Shown one piece after another: positions 24,700 through 32,917 of a stretch of DNA of 42,501 nt. This stretch comes from a virus. Location of the stretch: the IMG/VR virus record IMGVR_UViG_3300045988_049685, positions 1 through 42,501 of that record; one strand, 5' to 3'. Each line of letters opens with the position of its first letter. Within the stretch, counting starts at the first letter, position 1. Under the pieces are notes generated by a model. The model had not been told where the DNA came from. It saw only the letters and a program-made list of their open reading frames with translations, and searched no databases. A program made the translations under genes and the position numbers.

Positions 24700-25032
24700 T
24701 TACTCGACTGCTTCCCAGCCGGGGTTTCCCTCGTTTTCCTCTTCATCATCGGAAAGCAGGGTGTACACGGCCTCGGAGTACATTTCCGTCAGCACCTTCA
24801 CAAGGCCGGACTTGTTGCTCAGACCGTCGTAAATCTTGTTGATGGTAGCAACCTTGGTGTTGGGGTGATTTGCCGCAAAAGCGCCGCTGAACAGCATGGG
24901 GATCATTGTAGCGGGCTTGTCGCCAAGCTCATTGATGGAGAACCCGATCTTCTCCATGGCGGAAACCGTGGAGCGGGTGAATTCCAGCGTGTACTTCTTG
25001 CCGTTGTAGGGAATGCAGATTTTCTTAGCCAT
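24700..25032 (-). CDS. tail assembly chaperone G
   Basis: 110 aa with an acidic C-terminus, located between the major tail and tape measure genes. Confidence 0.8.
   Translation of the reverse strand: MAKKICIPYNGKKYTLEFTRSTVSAMEKIGFSINELGDKPATMIPMLFSGAFAANHPNTKVATINKIYDGLSNKSGLVKVLTEMYSEAVYTLLSDDEEENEGNPGWEAVE
24724..24730 (-). other. -1 programmed frameshift slippery heptamer G GGA AAC
   Basis: Minus strand GGGAAAC, phased X XXY YYZ in the G frame, 21 nt before the G stop. The -1 frame is open from here to 24233. Confidence 0.7.
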
Positions 25033-25071
25033 CGCTAATCCTCCTTAAAAATGTGTGGTCTGTGTTTTGGC

Positions 25072-25476
25072 TCAGGTCGCGTCGTCCAGCTCAATGGGCG
25101 TGGACGGGGCAATGGAAATGTTCAGGTCTACAACCTCGTTGACGCCGCCGCCGGTGGGGTAGCAAGTCAGCTGACCATCGAACTTGAACTTGCCGTCAGA
25201 GCCGGTAGGGGTCAGGTTCGCGCCGTCACCGGTTCCGCCGAACCACACAGCGTAGCTCTCGGTCTTTCCGTTGAGAGCCACCAGCTTCTTGTAGTCATCC
25301 AAGGTGTAGTTCGCCGTGAAGGAGAGGGCATCCAAGGACTGGATACCGGCGATGTAGGTCTGCATCTTGTCAGACAGGGTAGTGGTTTCCAACATCTCCG
25401 GATCGCCGCCCAGATCAGGGAACTCCTTGATGTCAATGAGCTTTTCGTAGGTGTTGCCGGTGCTTCCCTTTTTCAT
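25072..25476 (-). CDS. major tail protein (TP901-1/phi13-like)
   Basis: YEKLIDIKEFPDLGGDPEMLETTTLSDK motif. The frame stays open upstream to 25509 (LIAISTYKVFL...), so the real N-terminus is probably longer than the ATG 25476 call. Confidence 0.85.
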   Translation of the reverse strand: MKKGSTGNTYEKLIDIKEFPDLGGDPEMLETTTLSDKMQTYIAGIQSLDALSFTANYTLDDYKKLVALNGKTESYAVWFGGTGDGANLTPTGSDGKFKFDGQLTCYPTGGGVNEVVDLNISIAPSTPIELDDAT

Positions 25477-25530
25477 GAGGAAGACTTTATAGGTAGAAAT
25501 CGCGATAAGTCATCATTCCTTTCGTTGTAA

Positions 25531-25562
25531 TAAAAAACGGGCTGCCTCCTGTGAAGCAGCCC
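25531..25562 (-). terminator. intrinsic terminator between the tail-completion and major tail genes
   Basis: Minus strand GGGCTGC-ttcacaggag-GCAGCCC followed by GTTTTTTA. Confidence 0.75.
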
Positions 25563-25602
25563 TTCGGCTCTCTTTCCGCCCTTACGGAAAGGTAAAGCAT
25601 AT

Positions 25603-26004
25603 TTACCTGCGGTAAATTGTTCCGCCGTCCGTCTCCGCCCGATACCTGGCAACCAGACGATAAATCGTCCCGTTTTCCATATTCGGAACAGGGGACAACG
25701 AAATTCGCGTGAAATTCCGTTTGTAGAGCATTTCGTCTATAACGCCCATGATCTCCCGGCAGGTGCTTTTCTTTCTTCCCGCCTTGTCGGAGTACACATT
25801 CACCTCGTACATCAGCGTGGAAAACTTTTCCCGGTCGCTGCTGTCCAGCCTGTTCGCGGACATATAATTGTCCTGCTCCACGATGCTTACATAGGGGAAT
25901 TTGGGAGGAGCGTTCACATATTCTCCGGATACCGAAATGCCCTTGAAGCGATTTCGCAGAGCCTCGGCAATGGGGGTATAGATCAGCTTTTCAATATCAA
26001 TCAA
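25603..26004 (-). CDS. putative tail terminator / tail completion protein
   Basis: 133 aa, last gene before the major tail protein. The call is positional plus size. Confidence 0.6.
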   Translation of the reverse strand: MIDIEKLIYTPIAEALRNRFKGISVSGEYVNAPPKFPYVSIVEQDNYMSANRLDSSDREKFSTLMYEVNVYSDKAGRKKSTCREIMGVIDEMLYKRNFTRISLSPVPNMENGTIYRLVARYRAETDGGTIYRR

Positions 26005-26498
26005 GCCCTGAACACCTCCATAACGATTCTCGGGAGCTCCTGCTCAATCGCTTTTCTCGCCTCATACATGGGCATTGCAGGAGGATTTCCGTATGTGTGA
26101 CCGCCGCCCTTGTCTTTGGGCAGATACCAGCCTTTGGGGTCGTCCCAATGGCCTTTCCCGTCCGGGTAGGTGCCAGCCCCCATGCCAAACTCCGACGCTT
26201 CCGGGTGTCCGGTTCCGTAGGTGATACCGGCTCCAAATTCAATGAAAAGGACGGATTCCCCATCGGCCTTTACGGCGTAACCATTCGGGATTGCCACGAC
26301 GGACACGGTTGCATCCCTCATCCCGGTGTAAACAGCCCGTGAGAACCGGATGGAAGCCACAGAAGCACCCAGCATTGCCAGCCTTTCGGCCAGTTCCTTT
26401 GCCTTGTCCTTCTGCCAGCGTTTGTATTCCTTCAATTCGTCCTGAATCTTTTGAATGCCGGGAACCGACAGCGGAGCCACGATTTTCTTGTAGCTCAC
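26001..26498 (-). CDS. HK97 gp10-like neck protein
   Basis: 165 aa. VLFIEFGAGITYG motif typical of the gp10 family. ATGA coupling. Confidence 0.65.
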   Translation of the reverse strand: MSYKKIVAPLSVPGIQKIQDELKEYKRWQKDKAKELAERLAMLGASVASIRFSRAVYTGMRDATVSVVAIPNGYAVKADGESVLFIEFGAGITYGTGHPEASEFGMGAGTYPDGKGHWDDPKGWYLPKDKGGGHTYGNPPAMPMYEARKAIEQELPRIVMEVFRA

Positions 26499-26869
26499 GA
26501 CACGCTCACCTTCGTAACGGCGATGGACACTGAGTTCAGAGACTTTGCCACCCGCCTGACCATGTAGTCATACAGGGGCTTCCCGTCCTCGTCATACACA
26601 GGCTCCTTGTCCAGAAATAGCACGGTATTCTCGTCAACGGGGCAGGTCATGTCATCCGTAACGATGACCTTGTCATACCCGGCAAGATTGCCGAACTGCT
26701 CCACCTGAGAAGCCCCGGTCGCAGCGGATACGTTGGCGCGGAAGGAAACGGCAGGTTTGTACACAACAGTTTCCTCGCCGGTTTCGTTGCCGTCTTCGTC
26801 GGTGACAGGCACTTTCCGGTCATACAGCAGATACCAGAAGCTTTGCTTGTTTCGCTCCATGATTCTCAT
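26495..26869 (-). CDS. putative head closure / head-tail adaptor protein
   Basis: 124 aa; position and size match SPP1 gp16-type proteins. Confidence 0.6.
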   Translation of the reverse strand: MRIMERNKQSFWYLLYDRKVPVTDEDGNETGEETVVYKPAVSFRANVSAATGASQVEQFGNLAGYDKVIVTDDMTCPVDENTVLFLDKEPVYDEDGKPLYDYMVRRVAKSLNSVSIAVTKVSVS

Positions 26870-26878
26870 ACTGTCACC

Positions 26879-27190
26879 TCACAGAATCCCGGCCATGGGA
26901 ACGATCTGTCGCATCATGGATTCCGGAACGTCCCCGTTCTCGTAGGAACGGGAAATGCCGTTCTCGCTGTGAGACAGCTCCCCCTCGCCGCCCCGCTTGT
27001 TCAGAAGATACGTAGCAATCTCCACCTGTAGATAGCTGTACTGCTCCGGAACCTCCATAATGGAAGGGTCAAACGGGTATGCCCTGCGGCAAATCTTGCT
27101 TGCCGCAATGCCAAGGTAGGCAGAAACCGTGCTTTCGTCGGTTTCATTCGCCATGGCTTTTACCAATGCGTTTTTCTCGGCTTCCTGCAC
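26879..27190 (-). CDS. gp6-like head-tail connector protein
   Basis: 103 aa. Sequence ...YLGIAASKICRRAYPFDP...YLQVEIATYLLNKRGGEG... fits the pattern of the phage gp6-like connector family. Confidence 0.7.
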   Translation of the reverse strand: MQEAEKNALVKAMANETDESTVSAYLGIAASKICRRAYPFDPSIMEVPEQYSYLQVEIATYLLNKRGGEGELSHSENGISRSYENGDVPESMMRQIVPMAGIL

Positions 27191-27206
27191 GGTTTCTTAC
27201 CTCCTT

Positions 27207-27470
27207 TCATTCTACGGGTTCTCCCGCCTTCTTGCGTGGTTTCTTGATAACGGGAATAGGATTATTCTCCGATAAACCAAACTTGGTGATAACTTCCTCG
27301 CGGGTGAGCGGTACGGGGTCGTTGAGGGTATCAACGACTACCGTTCCCATCACCACAGAAGTGCTCTCAAGTTCGCGCCGGGTAATCACCTTGTCCTTTG
27401 CGGTAAAGCCCACGTTGCGAAAGTGATCTCCCTCGCGCACATACACTTTCCCGTCAGAAACATAGAACAT
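27207..27470 (-). CDS. hypothetical head-module protein
   Basis: 87-aa ORF directly downstream of the capsid gene. Confidence 0.6.
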   Translation of the reverse strand: MFYVSDGKVYVREGDHFRNVGFTAKDKVITRRELESTSVVMGTVVVDTLNDPVPLTREEVITKFGLSENNPIPVIKKPRKKAGEPVE

Positions 27471-27481
27471 GGTGAACCTCC

Positions 27482-28519
27482 TTAGCCGTTGGTGATGATC
27501 TTTGCCAGCGCAATGGTCTTCGGGTCGGCCACGATAGACCAGTTGGCAGATGCCGCAAGCTGTGCATCCGTGGGAGAGGCGGTATATCCAGAAGTCGGCT
27601 TGGTGAAGCTGAAACCGTTGGGGTGCATGGTTTCACGGATACGGGTCACCAGCGCGTCATAGCCGCCGCCCTTGAGCGCGTCACGGGTCAGTTCGGAAGG
27701 AACCTTCACGGGGGCGGGGGCGTACTGAATTGCGCCAAGGCCGAGGACGTAGGTGGTGTAGGTGGCCGCTTTCGCACTTTCTCCGCTGGTAGCGGCGGTG
27801 GCGGGGCAGCTGTCATCTACGACAACAGTCATGCCATTCACGGTGCCAATGCGGAGGGGGCGCTCAACGCCGTTGGCGTCAGTGTATTTCAGGAAGTCCA
27901 GCAGTTTCAGGCCAGCCATATTGGTGGCGACCTTACTGTGCATGAACACCAGCCGGAAAGCGTCCTGATTGTCGCCCACGGCCTTCTGAATCGCATCGCC
28001 AATAGTGGTCGCACCCATCTTGTTTGCATCCGCAACAGTGGTGGATGCGGAAGACAGGTCAGTGATGTGGTTCGCCCAACCGGCGAACTCACCGCTGCCG
28101 GTCACACCGAACACAGCATTCAGGATTTTCAGCATGATGGACTGGCGCTGCTTCTGCCAATACTTGGACACCTGAGACACGATCTGCTGCATGGGGTCGG
28201 CACCGCTGTTGTAATCAACGATGAAGTCCTTCTCCTTCCAGCCGTGGGCGCGGCCAAACACGATACCGTTCTGAGCGCTGCCTTCGGGGTCGGTCAGGGT
28301 GATGTCAGTTGCGCCATCGTAGTTCTCAGGAGTGCCGCCAATGACTTTGTAGAACGGCAGCGTATAAAAGTCAGAGCCGTTGGAAATCAAGCCCGCCAGT
28401 TCTGCGTTCGGGGCGACAGCGCCGCTCTCAAACATCGCGGTCAGGGTGGGGTCTTTCGCATTTGCCCAGTTGTAGTTAAACAGCTCGGGGTCAAACGGAA
28501 AGCCAAGATAAGTAGCCAT
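27482..28519 (-). CDS. major capsid protein
   Basis: 345 aa, follows the scaffold gene. Compositional and positional match to HK97-fold coat proteins of Firmicutes siphoviruses. Confidence 0.88.
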   Translation of the reverse strand: MATYLGFPFDPELFNYNWANAKDPTLTAMFESGAVAPNAELAGLISNGSDFYTLPFYKVIGGTPENYDGATDITLTDPEGSAQNGIVFGRAHGWKEKDFIVDYNSGADPMQQIVSQVSKYWQKQRQSIMLKILNAVFGVTGSGEFAGWANHITDLSSASTTVADANKMGATTIGDAIQKAVGDNQDAFRLVFMHSKVATNMAGLKLLDFLKYTDANGVERPLRIGTVNGMTVVVDDSCPATAATSGESAKAATYTTYVLGLGAIQYAPAPVKVPSELTRDALKGGGYDALVTRIRETMHPNGFSFTKPTSGYTASPTDAQLAASANWSIVADPKTIALAKIITNG

Positions 28520-28537
28520 AATGTTTTACCTCCATAA

Positions 28538-29098
28538 TCATTTCAAAATTGTTTTCCAGTCAGGATTGTTCTTGATAAACTCCATCTGGGATTTGGTGTC
28601 GAGTTTCAGGAAGTCCGCCTTGGTCATTGCGCCGCCGGGGCTTCCATCCGCGCCTCTGGGCGTTCTTTTCAGCTTGTCCGCAATGACTTTTTGGGCGTAT
28701 TTTTCCAAAAACGTCTGGTTGTTGGCAAAAACCGTAGCCATATCGCCGGATTCCATGGCCGCCGCAGTAGCGTCCGCAAGGGCTTCATCATAACCCTGAG
28801 CAACCAGCTTTGCTTTGTAACCGGCAACGGTTTTTTCCTTCCGCAGACCGGCCAGCTCCTTTTCCATGTTCTCCCACTTTTCGGCCTGCTCCTGTTGCTT
28901 CCTCTGCTCGTCAGTCAGAAGCGCATTGTGCTTACGCCGCCATTCTGCGGCCTCGGAATTGGCCTTAGAAAGGGCATTTTTCTGCCTTTCCAGCTCTACG
29001 GCGTTGTCCTCGTACTCAAAGCCCTCCAAAGCGGCAAGCTTCTGTTCCGGGGTCATGTCCGCATAACCTTCAATGAGATTTGTGTCGATTTTTGCCAT
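28538..29098 (-). CDS. capsid scaffolding protein
   Basis: 186 aa, highly helical and charged (ELERQKNALSKANSEAAEWRRKHNALLTDEQRKQQEQAEKWENMEKELAGLRKEK), upstream of the capsid gene. Confidence 0.85.
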   Translation of the reverse strand: MAKIDTNLIEGYADMTPEQKLAALEGFEYEDNAVELERQKNALSKANSEAAEWRRKHNALLTDEQRKQQEQAEKWENMEKELAGLRKEKTVAGYKAKLVAQGYDEALADATAAAMESGDMATVFANNQTFLEKYAQKVIADKLKRTPRGADGSPGGAMTKADFLKLDTKSQMEFIKNNPDWKTILK

Positions 29099-29206
29099 AA
29101 TTATTCCTCCTGCGTTTGGTGAGGCGGTTCCCTCCGCCGTGATCTCTGTTTTTACGGGTTGTCTCCCGTCTGCGTTTTTGATAGAGCAGCTTCCCTGCTG
29201 CTGTTA

Positions 29207-29282
29207 TGGAGGGCTGTACAGGCTTCGATCCTGTGACCTGCGGATTAACAGTCCGCTGCTCTACCAGCTGAGCTAACAACCC
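29207..29282 (-). tRNA. tRNA-Asn (anticodon GTT), CCA encoded
   Basis: Hand-folded. Acceptor GGGTTGT/ACAGCCC. D arm GCTC-AGCTGGTA-GAGC. Anticodon arm GCGGA-CTGTTAA-TCCGC. T arm ACAGG-ATCGAAG-CCTGT, with an unusual A at T-loop position 54. Confidence 0.85.
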
Positions 29283-29367
29283 ACATATCCCCGGCTTACG
29301 GTGCCGGGGAACCGCTTTGCCCGTTTCCGGGTTTCGTCGCCGATAGGGAGGCCATCGGCGATATATA

Positions 29368-29436
29368 TGGCGCGAGGCCGATTTGAACGGCCTTCTGTGG
29401 GGGGAGAGGTGAACCCCATTCGCTGTCTGCCGCGCC
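29368..29436 (-). ncRNA. tRNA-like element (69 nt) with canonical acceptor and T arm but aberrant D/anticodon region
   Basis: GGCGCGG...GGCCG-TTCAAAT-CGGCC-TCGCGCC-A. The interior GGGG-TTCACCTCT-CCCC hairpin does not give a standard 7-nt anticodon loop, and the D arm is missing or very short. Confidence 0.4.
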
Positions 29437-29483
29437 TAATTTTAAGTTTCTGTTTGCCTTCCCGCTTATCGATGCCGCAGTGT

Positions 29484-29529
29484 AAAAAAGAAGGGCTTCC
29501 AATACCATTTCTGGTATCAGAAGCCCTTC
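29484..29529 (-). terminator. strong intrinsic terminator after the portal region
   Basis: Minus strand GAAGGGCTTCtGATACCA-gaaa-TGGTATtGGAAGCCCTTC followed by TTTTTTAC. Confidence 0.85.
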
Positions 29530-29616
29530 GGCTGTTCGCTGCTCCCTAGAGCAGTCACAAATTATACCATTTGGTGTGGCTCTTCCGCGAAAGGTGCGGC
29601 GCTCTTTGCCAAACAG

Positions 29617-29766
29617 TCAGTTAACCTTCTTGCGCCGAATCTCGATGACCACGATCTGGCCTTGTTCGACTTTGATTTCCGCCTGATTCCGGCGGTGGAT
29701 GATTTCCTCAATTGCCCGAATTTCCTTCGCCGTCACTCTGACCGCCGGTCTGGTTTCCGCTTCCAT
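29617..29766 (-). CDS. hypothetical 49-aa protein overlapping the portal 3' end (below the ORF-track cutoff)
   Basis: Hand-translated: MEAETRPAVRVTAKEIRAIEEIIHRRNQAEIKVEQGQIVVIEIRRKKVN. GGAGGG 7 nt upstream. The C-terminal pattern faintly recalls YezD-like small proteins. Confidence 0.45.
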   Translation of the reverse strand: MEAETRPAVRVTAKEIRAIEEIIHRRNQAEIKVEQGQIVVIEIRRKKVN

Positions 29767-31162
29767 CGCCGTTCCCTCCGTTCTGCGCGGCAAGCTTCGC
29801 CGCTTTTTTCTCCTGCTCGGCCATGTAATCCATGCTCATTCGGTAGGCCAACTGCGGGTCGGAAAATAACCCGCAATGTGTAAATGCCAATTCAGGGGCG
29901 ATTTTCTCGCAAGCAAGCATCTGGGTTAGAACCGTTGATTTCTGCGCGATATTCTCATAATTCCGCCGCGTGAACCGGATTTCCAGTGCCGAGAGTTTCA
30001 GGCTCAGATGCCCCATGTCCCGGCAGATACGCAGCACCAGCTTCAAAAATTCCTTTTCGGACTTCTTGAAAACCAGCTCCGTGTCCTTGGCTCTGGCTTC
30101 CGCTGCCGACCAGCCGTCCCGCATGATGACCGCTGATCCGGTGTCAGAGGTAGAAGTCCCTCCGTTCCGGTTGGGCATTCCACAGATGGTCAGCACCGTT
30201 TCATACATGCTGTCCACAAGGGTCTGCGTCTGTGTCTGGTTCATTTCGGAGGTCAGATATTGAATCTCCGCTTTCAGTGTGGCGTCAATATCCATGAACT
30301 TGATTGCGCCCTCGTCCCGCAGTTTCTTGTAGTCCTCACTGCTGATGTCAACATTATGGAACAGCATCAGTGCTTGAACGAACTGCTCTACGCCGTCAAT
30401 TCGGTTGCTCTCCGTCATGTTGATTGCGTCAAGCAACGGAATCACGATTTCAAATGCTCCTAAACGAGCCATGTTCGCCGGGTACTCCACAATAGGGATT
30501 CCCAAAATCTGGTCTTCTGCGCGAATAACAGCCCATGTGTTCCAGACCTCGAAATACCTGGTTTCTGTCCAGCAGGAGAAAACGAGCGTTCCGTCCTCTT
30601 TTAGAACATACCGTACACCCATCATGGGTTTATGGCCAAGCCCCACAGAGTACACCACGAATGCGTATCTTGGGTCAAGGGTGAATATCTCAAAAGGAGC
30701 CTCGTCTTCCTCGACATCCGCCAGAACGTCCGGCAAAGTCATTCGATAAGAGGTACCGCAAGTGAAGAACCAATCGGCAAGTTCCTTATCCTTTTCCGGC
30801 TTGTCCTCGGACAGCATATAGTCATTCAGTTTCAGCACTTCGGAGGAAATGTCTTCGTCCCCACCACGGCTTACGTACTGGATTGGTTCGCCGACTTGAT
30901 AGGCTGATTTGAAAGATACGATCTCATTCGCCCGGTTCTCCACGACCATGTTGTTGATTTCCGGGCGGACTTCCTTTACACGGTTAAGGATTGGCTGCTC
31001 TCCCTTGTAATACCAGTACAGGTAATCAATCTCTGCCTGATTTTGCTGGTGCGTGAGCAGTGCCTTTTGCAGCACGTTGATGATATTCCCCTCGTTTATA
31101 TCCGTAACTTCGGTGTAAATCACCCGACGCCCGAATAACCGTCTGCTCTCCGTATTACGCAC
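29708..31162 (-). CDS. portal protein (SPP1 gp6-like)
   Basis: 484 aa. AEIDYLYWYYKGEQPILNR motif. Position after terL. The GTG 31162 start has poor SD spacing, so the start is uncertain. Confidence 0.9.
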   Translation of the reverse strand: MRNTESRRLFGRRVIYTEVTDINEGNIINVLQKALLTHQQNQAEIDYLYWYYKGEQPILNRVKEVRPEINNMVVENRANEIVSFKSAYQVGEPIQYVSRGGDEDISSEVLKLNDYMLSEDKPEKDKELADWFFTCGTSYRMTLPDVLADVEEDEAPFEIFTLDPRYAFVVYSVGLGHKPMMGVRYVLKEDGTLVFSCWTETRYFEVWNTWAVIRAEDQILGIPIVEYPANMARLGAFEIVIPLLDAINMTESNRIDGVEQFVQALMLFHNVDISSEDYKKLRDEGAIKFMDIDATLKAEIQYLTSEMNQTQTQTLVDSMYETVLTICGMPNRNGGTSTSDTGSAVIMRDGWSAAEARAKDTELVFKKSEKEFLKLVLRICRDMGHLSLKLSALEIRFTRRNYENIAQKSTVLTQMLACEKIAPELAFTHCGLFSDPQLAYRMSMDYMAEQEKKAAKLAAQNGGNGDGSGNQTGGQSDGEGNSGN

Positions 31163-31195
31163 CCCCTTTTCCGGAAATCTATTTTCTCATTTACC

Positions 31196-31224
31196 ATTAT
31201 ACCACAGTGGCGGATGGTTGTCTA
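31196..31224 (-). promoter_or_regulatory. sigma70-type promoter TAGACA-17-(TGg)TATAAT between terL and portal
   Basis: Minus strand: TAGACA (fwd 31219-31224), 17-nt spacer ending in TGG, TATAAT (fwd 31196-31201). Confidence 0.45.
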
Positions 31225-31261
31225 CTTAATTCTCGTTAGTAAACCATCGGCTACTTTTGGA

Positions 31262-32908
31262 CTAAAATGGTCTCCTGAAAACCTCTATAACCGCCCCGTT
31301 TAAGCTTTGGGCAAACTCAGCAAACATAGCCATTCCGTCTGGAACGTCATCGTGCTTATTCTTTCCCGCTACAGTGTAGGAACATAGCATATCCATCATC
31401 CTGCCGTAATCCGTGTTCCGCTTATACTTGCTTTCATCCAGAAACAGGCAGTGTTCCTTCACCCACGCCGAATTTACAATGATCTTTGTCTCTTTATTTG
31501 CCGTGGTGAACTTCGTCGTGATGTTTGTGATGCCACCCAGTTTCTTCACTTCGTCCTGAATCTTTTCAGCGATCCGGCGGCCAGCGGAGTTACTTTCAAA
31601 CCGGCACATTTTCACCTTGTCCCGCACCAGAATTTCAGACAGTCTTGCATCCACTGTGTCAGGAAGCCCATTGTCGCAGATACAGTCCCCAATATAGTAG
31701 TCCTGCCCATATACATATCCAACCGGCAGAAAGGCGTAGTCAGCGCCCTTGTCCTTGGTATCGCACACGCCGATAATGGCATCTGGTTTCTCTGCTGGCA
31801 GCTCAAAAAACCGCCGCAGTTCGTCAGGACGGTAGACAAGCCCCTCGCGTTCAATGGGTTGATTCTGATACAGCGCTTTCCAACTGACGCTATCCATAAT
31901 ATCCCGCTGTTCCCGGTAGAACTTGGTGGAGAACCCCACGCCAAACTCATAATCAAAATTGCTTTCGTCGTCCTCGTTCATGGCAGGAATCCGAACGAAT
32001 TTCGCCCTGGGATTGTTCTCATATTCCCGTTCCAGCCGCCCAATCACATCATGAACGCTCCACCGGGTAGCAATATGAAGCTCTTTGCATTTGTCACCGA
32101 TTTTACGCTGCCGCAGGTCGGTGGTGTAAGTCTCCCACAGCTTGTCCAGCCGCTCTTTGGATAGCGCGACCTCAATACCAGATACCAGATCGTCGCAATA
32201 CAGCAGGTTCGCCGCCCGGTACAGACCGGCATTGCCCGTTCCTATGGAGGTAAATTCCAGCGTCTCAAATCGCTGCCGCTTATCAAGGTCAATTCGGCAG
32301 TCCTTTGCGTTGGTGCTGGACACCTGAACGGCAGGGAAGACATCATGCCATAGATATTCCCCCTTTGCGTCAAACAGCCGCAGACATTCGTCATACACGC
32401 CCCGCACAAAGGAATTGGAGTGGCTGCCCGTCAGATTCGGGTTGTTTGGGTCGCGGCCGGCAATCCAGGTCAGCAGGAAGATTGCAAGCGTGGTCTTTCC
32501 TACGCCGGGGGGCAAGCTAACCGCCAGCAAATCCAACTTGTCATCCCCGCACAGCGCTTGCAGCGCGTCCACCACGGGCTTTAGCTGCTTCTTCCGTGGC
32601 TGATAAAACCGCTTTTTCGCCTGCCTGTCCAGCTCCATATAGGTGAGATAGCTGTCAAAGTCATATGGAGCCTCAAACAATAGCCCCCGCCGCCAAAGGC
32701 TGTAGAATCCCTCCACCTGAGACATGGGCACTTTATCCATCATTCGGTCGCACATATCCTTCAATTGTTTATTCGCTCGATGTGCCGCCGTGAAATCAGT
32801 CTCAGCCCATGTCTGGCACAGGGAAAACAGGTCTTCATATGCCCCGATATCACCCGGCCTGTTCTCGATAGCCCCCAGAATGGAGGTTGACAATTTCTCA
32901 TAATCCAT
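31262..32908 (-). CDS. terL: terminase large subunit
   Basis: 548 aa. Walker A SLPPGVGKTT, Walker-B-like LLYCDDLVSG, C-terminal nuclease-type acidic motifs. Confidence 0.92.
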   Translation of the reverse strand: MDYEKLSTSILGAIENRPGDIGAYEDLFSLCQTWAETDFTAAHRANKQLKDMCDRMMDKVPMSQVEGFYSLWRRGLLFEAPYDFDSYLTYMELDRQAKKRFYQPRKKQLKPVVDALQALCGDDKLDLLAVSLPPGVGKTTLAIFLLTWIAGRDPNNPNLTGSHSNSFVRGVYDECLRLFDAKGEYLWHDVFPAVQVSSTNAKDCRIDLDKRQRFETLEFTSIGTGNAGLYRAANLLYCDDLVSGIEVALSKERLDKLWETYTTDLRQRKIGDKCKELHIATRWSVHDVIGRLEREYENNPRAKFVRIPAMNEDDESNFDYEFGVGFSTKFYREQRDIMDSVSWKALYQNQPIEREGLVYRPDELRRFFELPAEKPDAIIGVCDTKDKGADYAFLPVGYVYGQDYYIGDCICDNGLPDTVDARLSEILVRDKVKMCRFESNSAGRRIAEKIQDEVKKLGGITNITTKFTTANKETKIIVNSAWVKEHCLFLDESKYKRNTDYGRMMDMLCSYTVAGKNKHDDVPDGMAMFAEFAQSLNGAVIEVFRRPF

Positions 32909-32917
32909 ACTCTCACC

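Noticed and set aside
27623-28537. 304-aa plus-strand ORF
   Set aside because: It is fully antisense to the major capsid gene, and its composition is Gly/Ala/Val/His-rich junk. The same reasoning applies to 21953-22708 and 21283-21822 opposite the tape measure, and to 1528-2265 opposite the replication gene.
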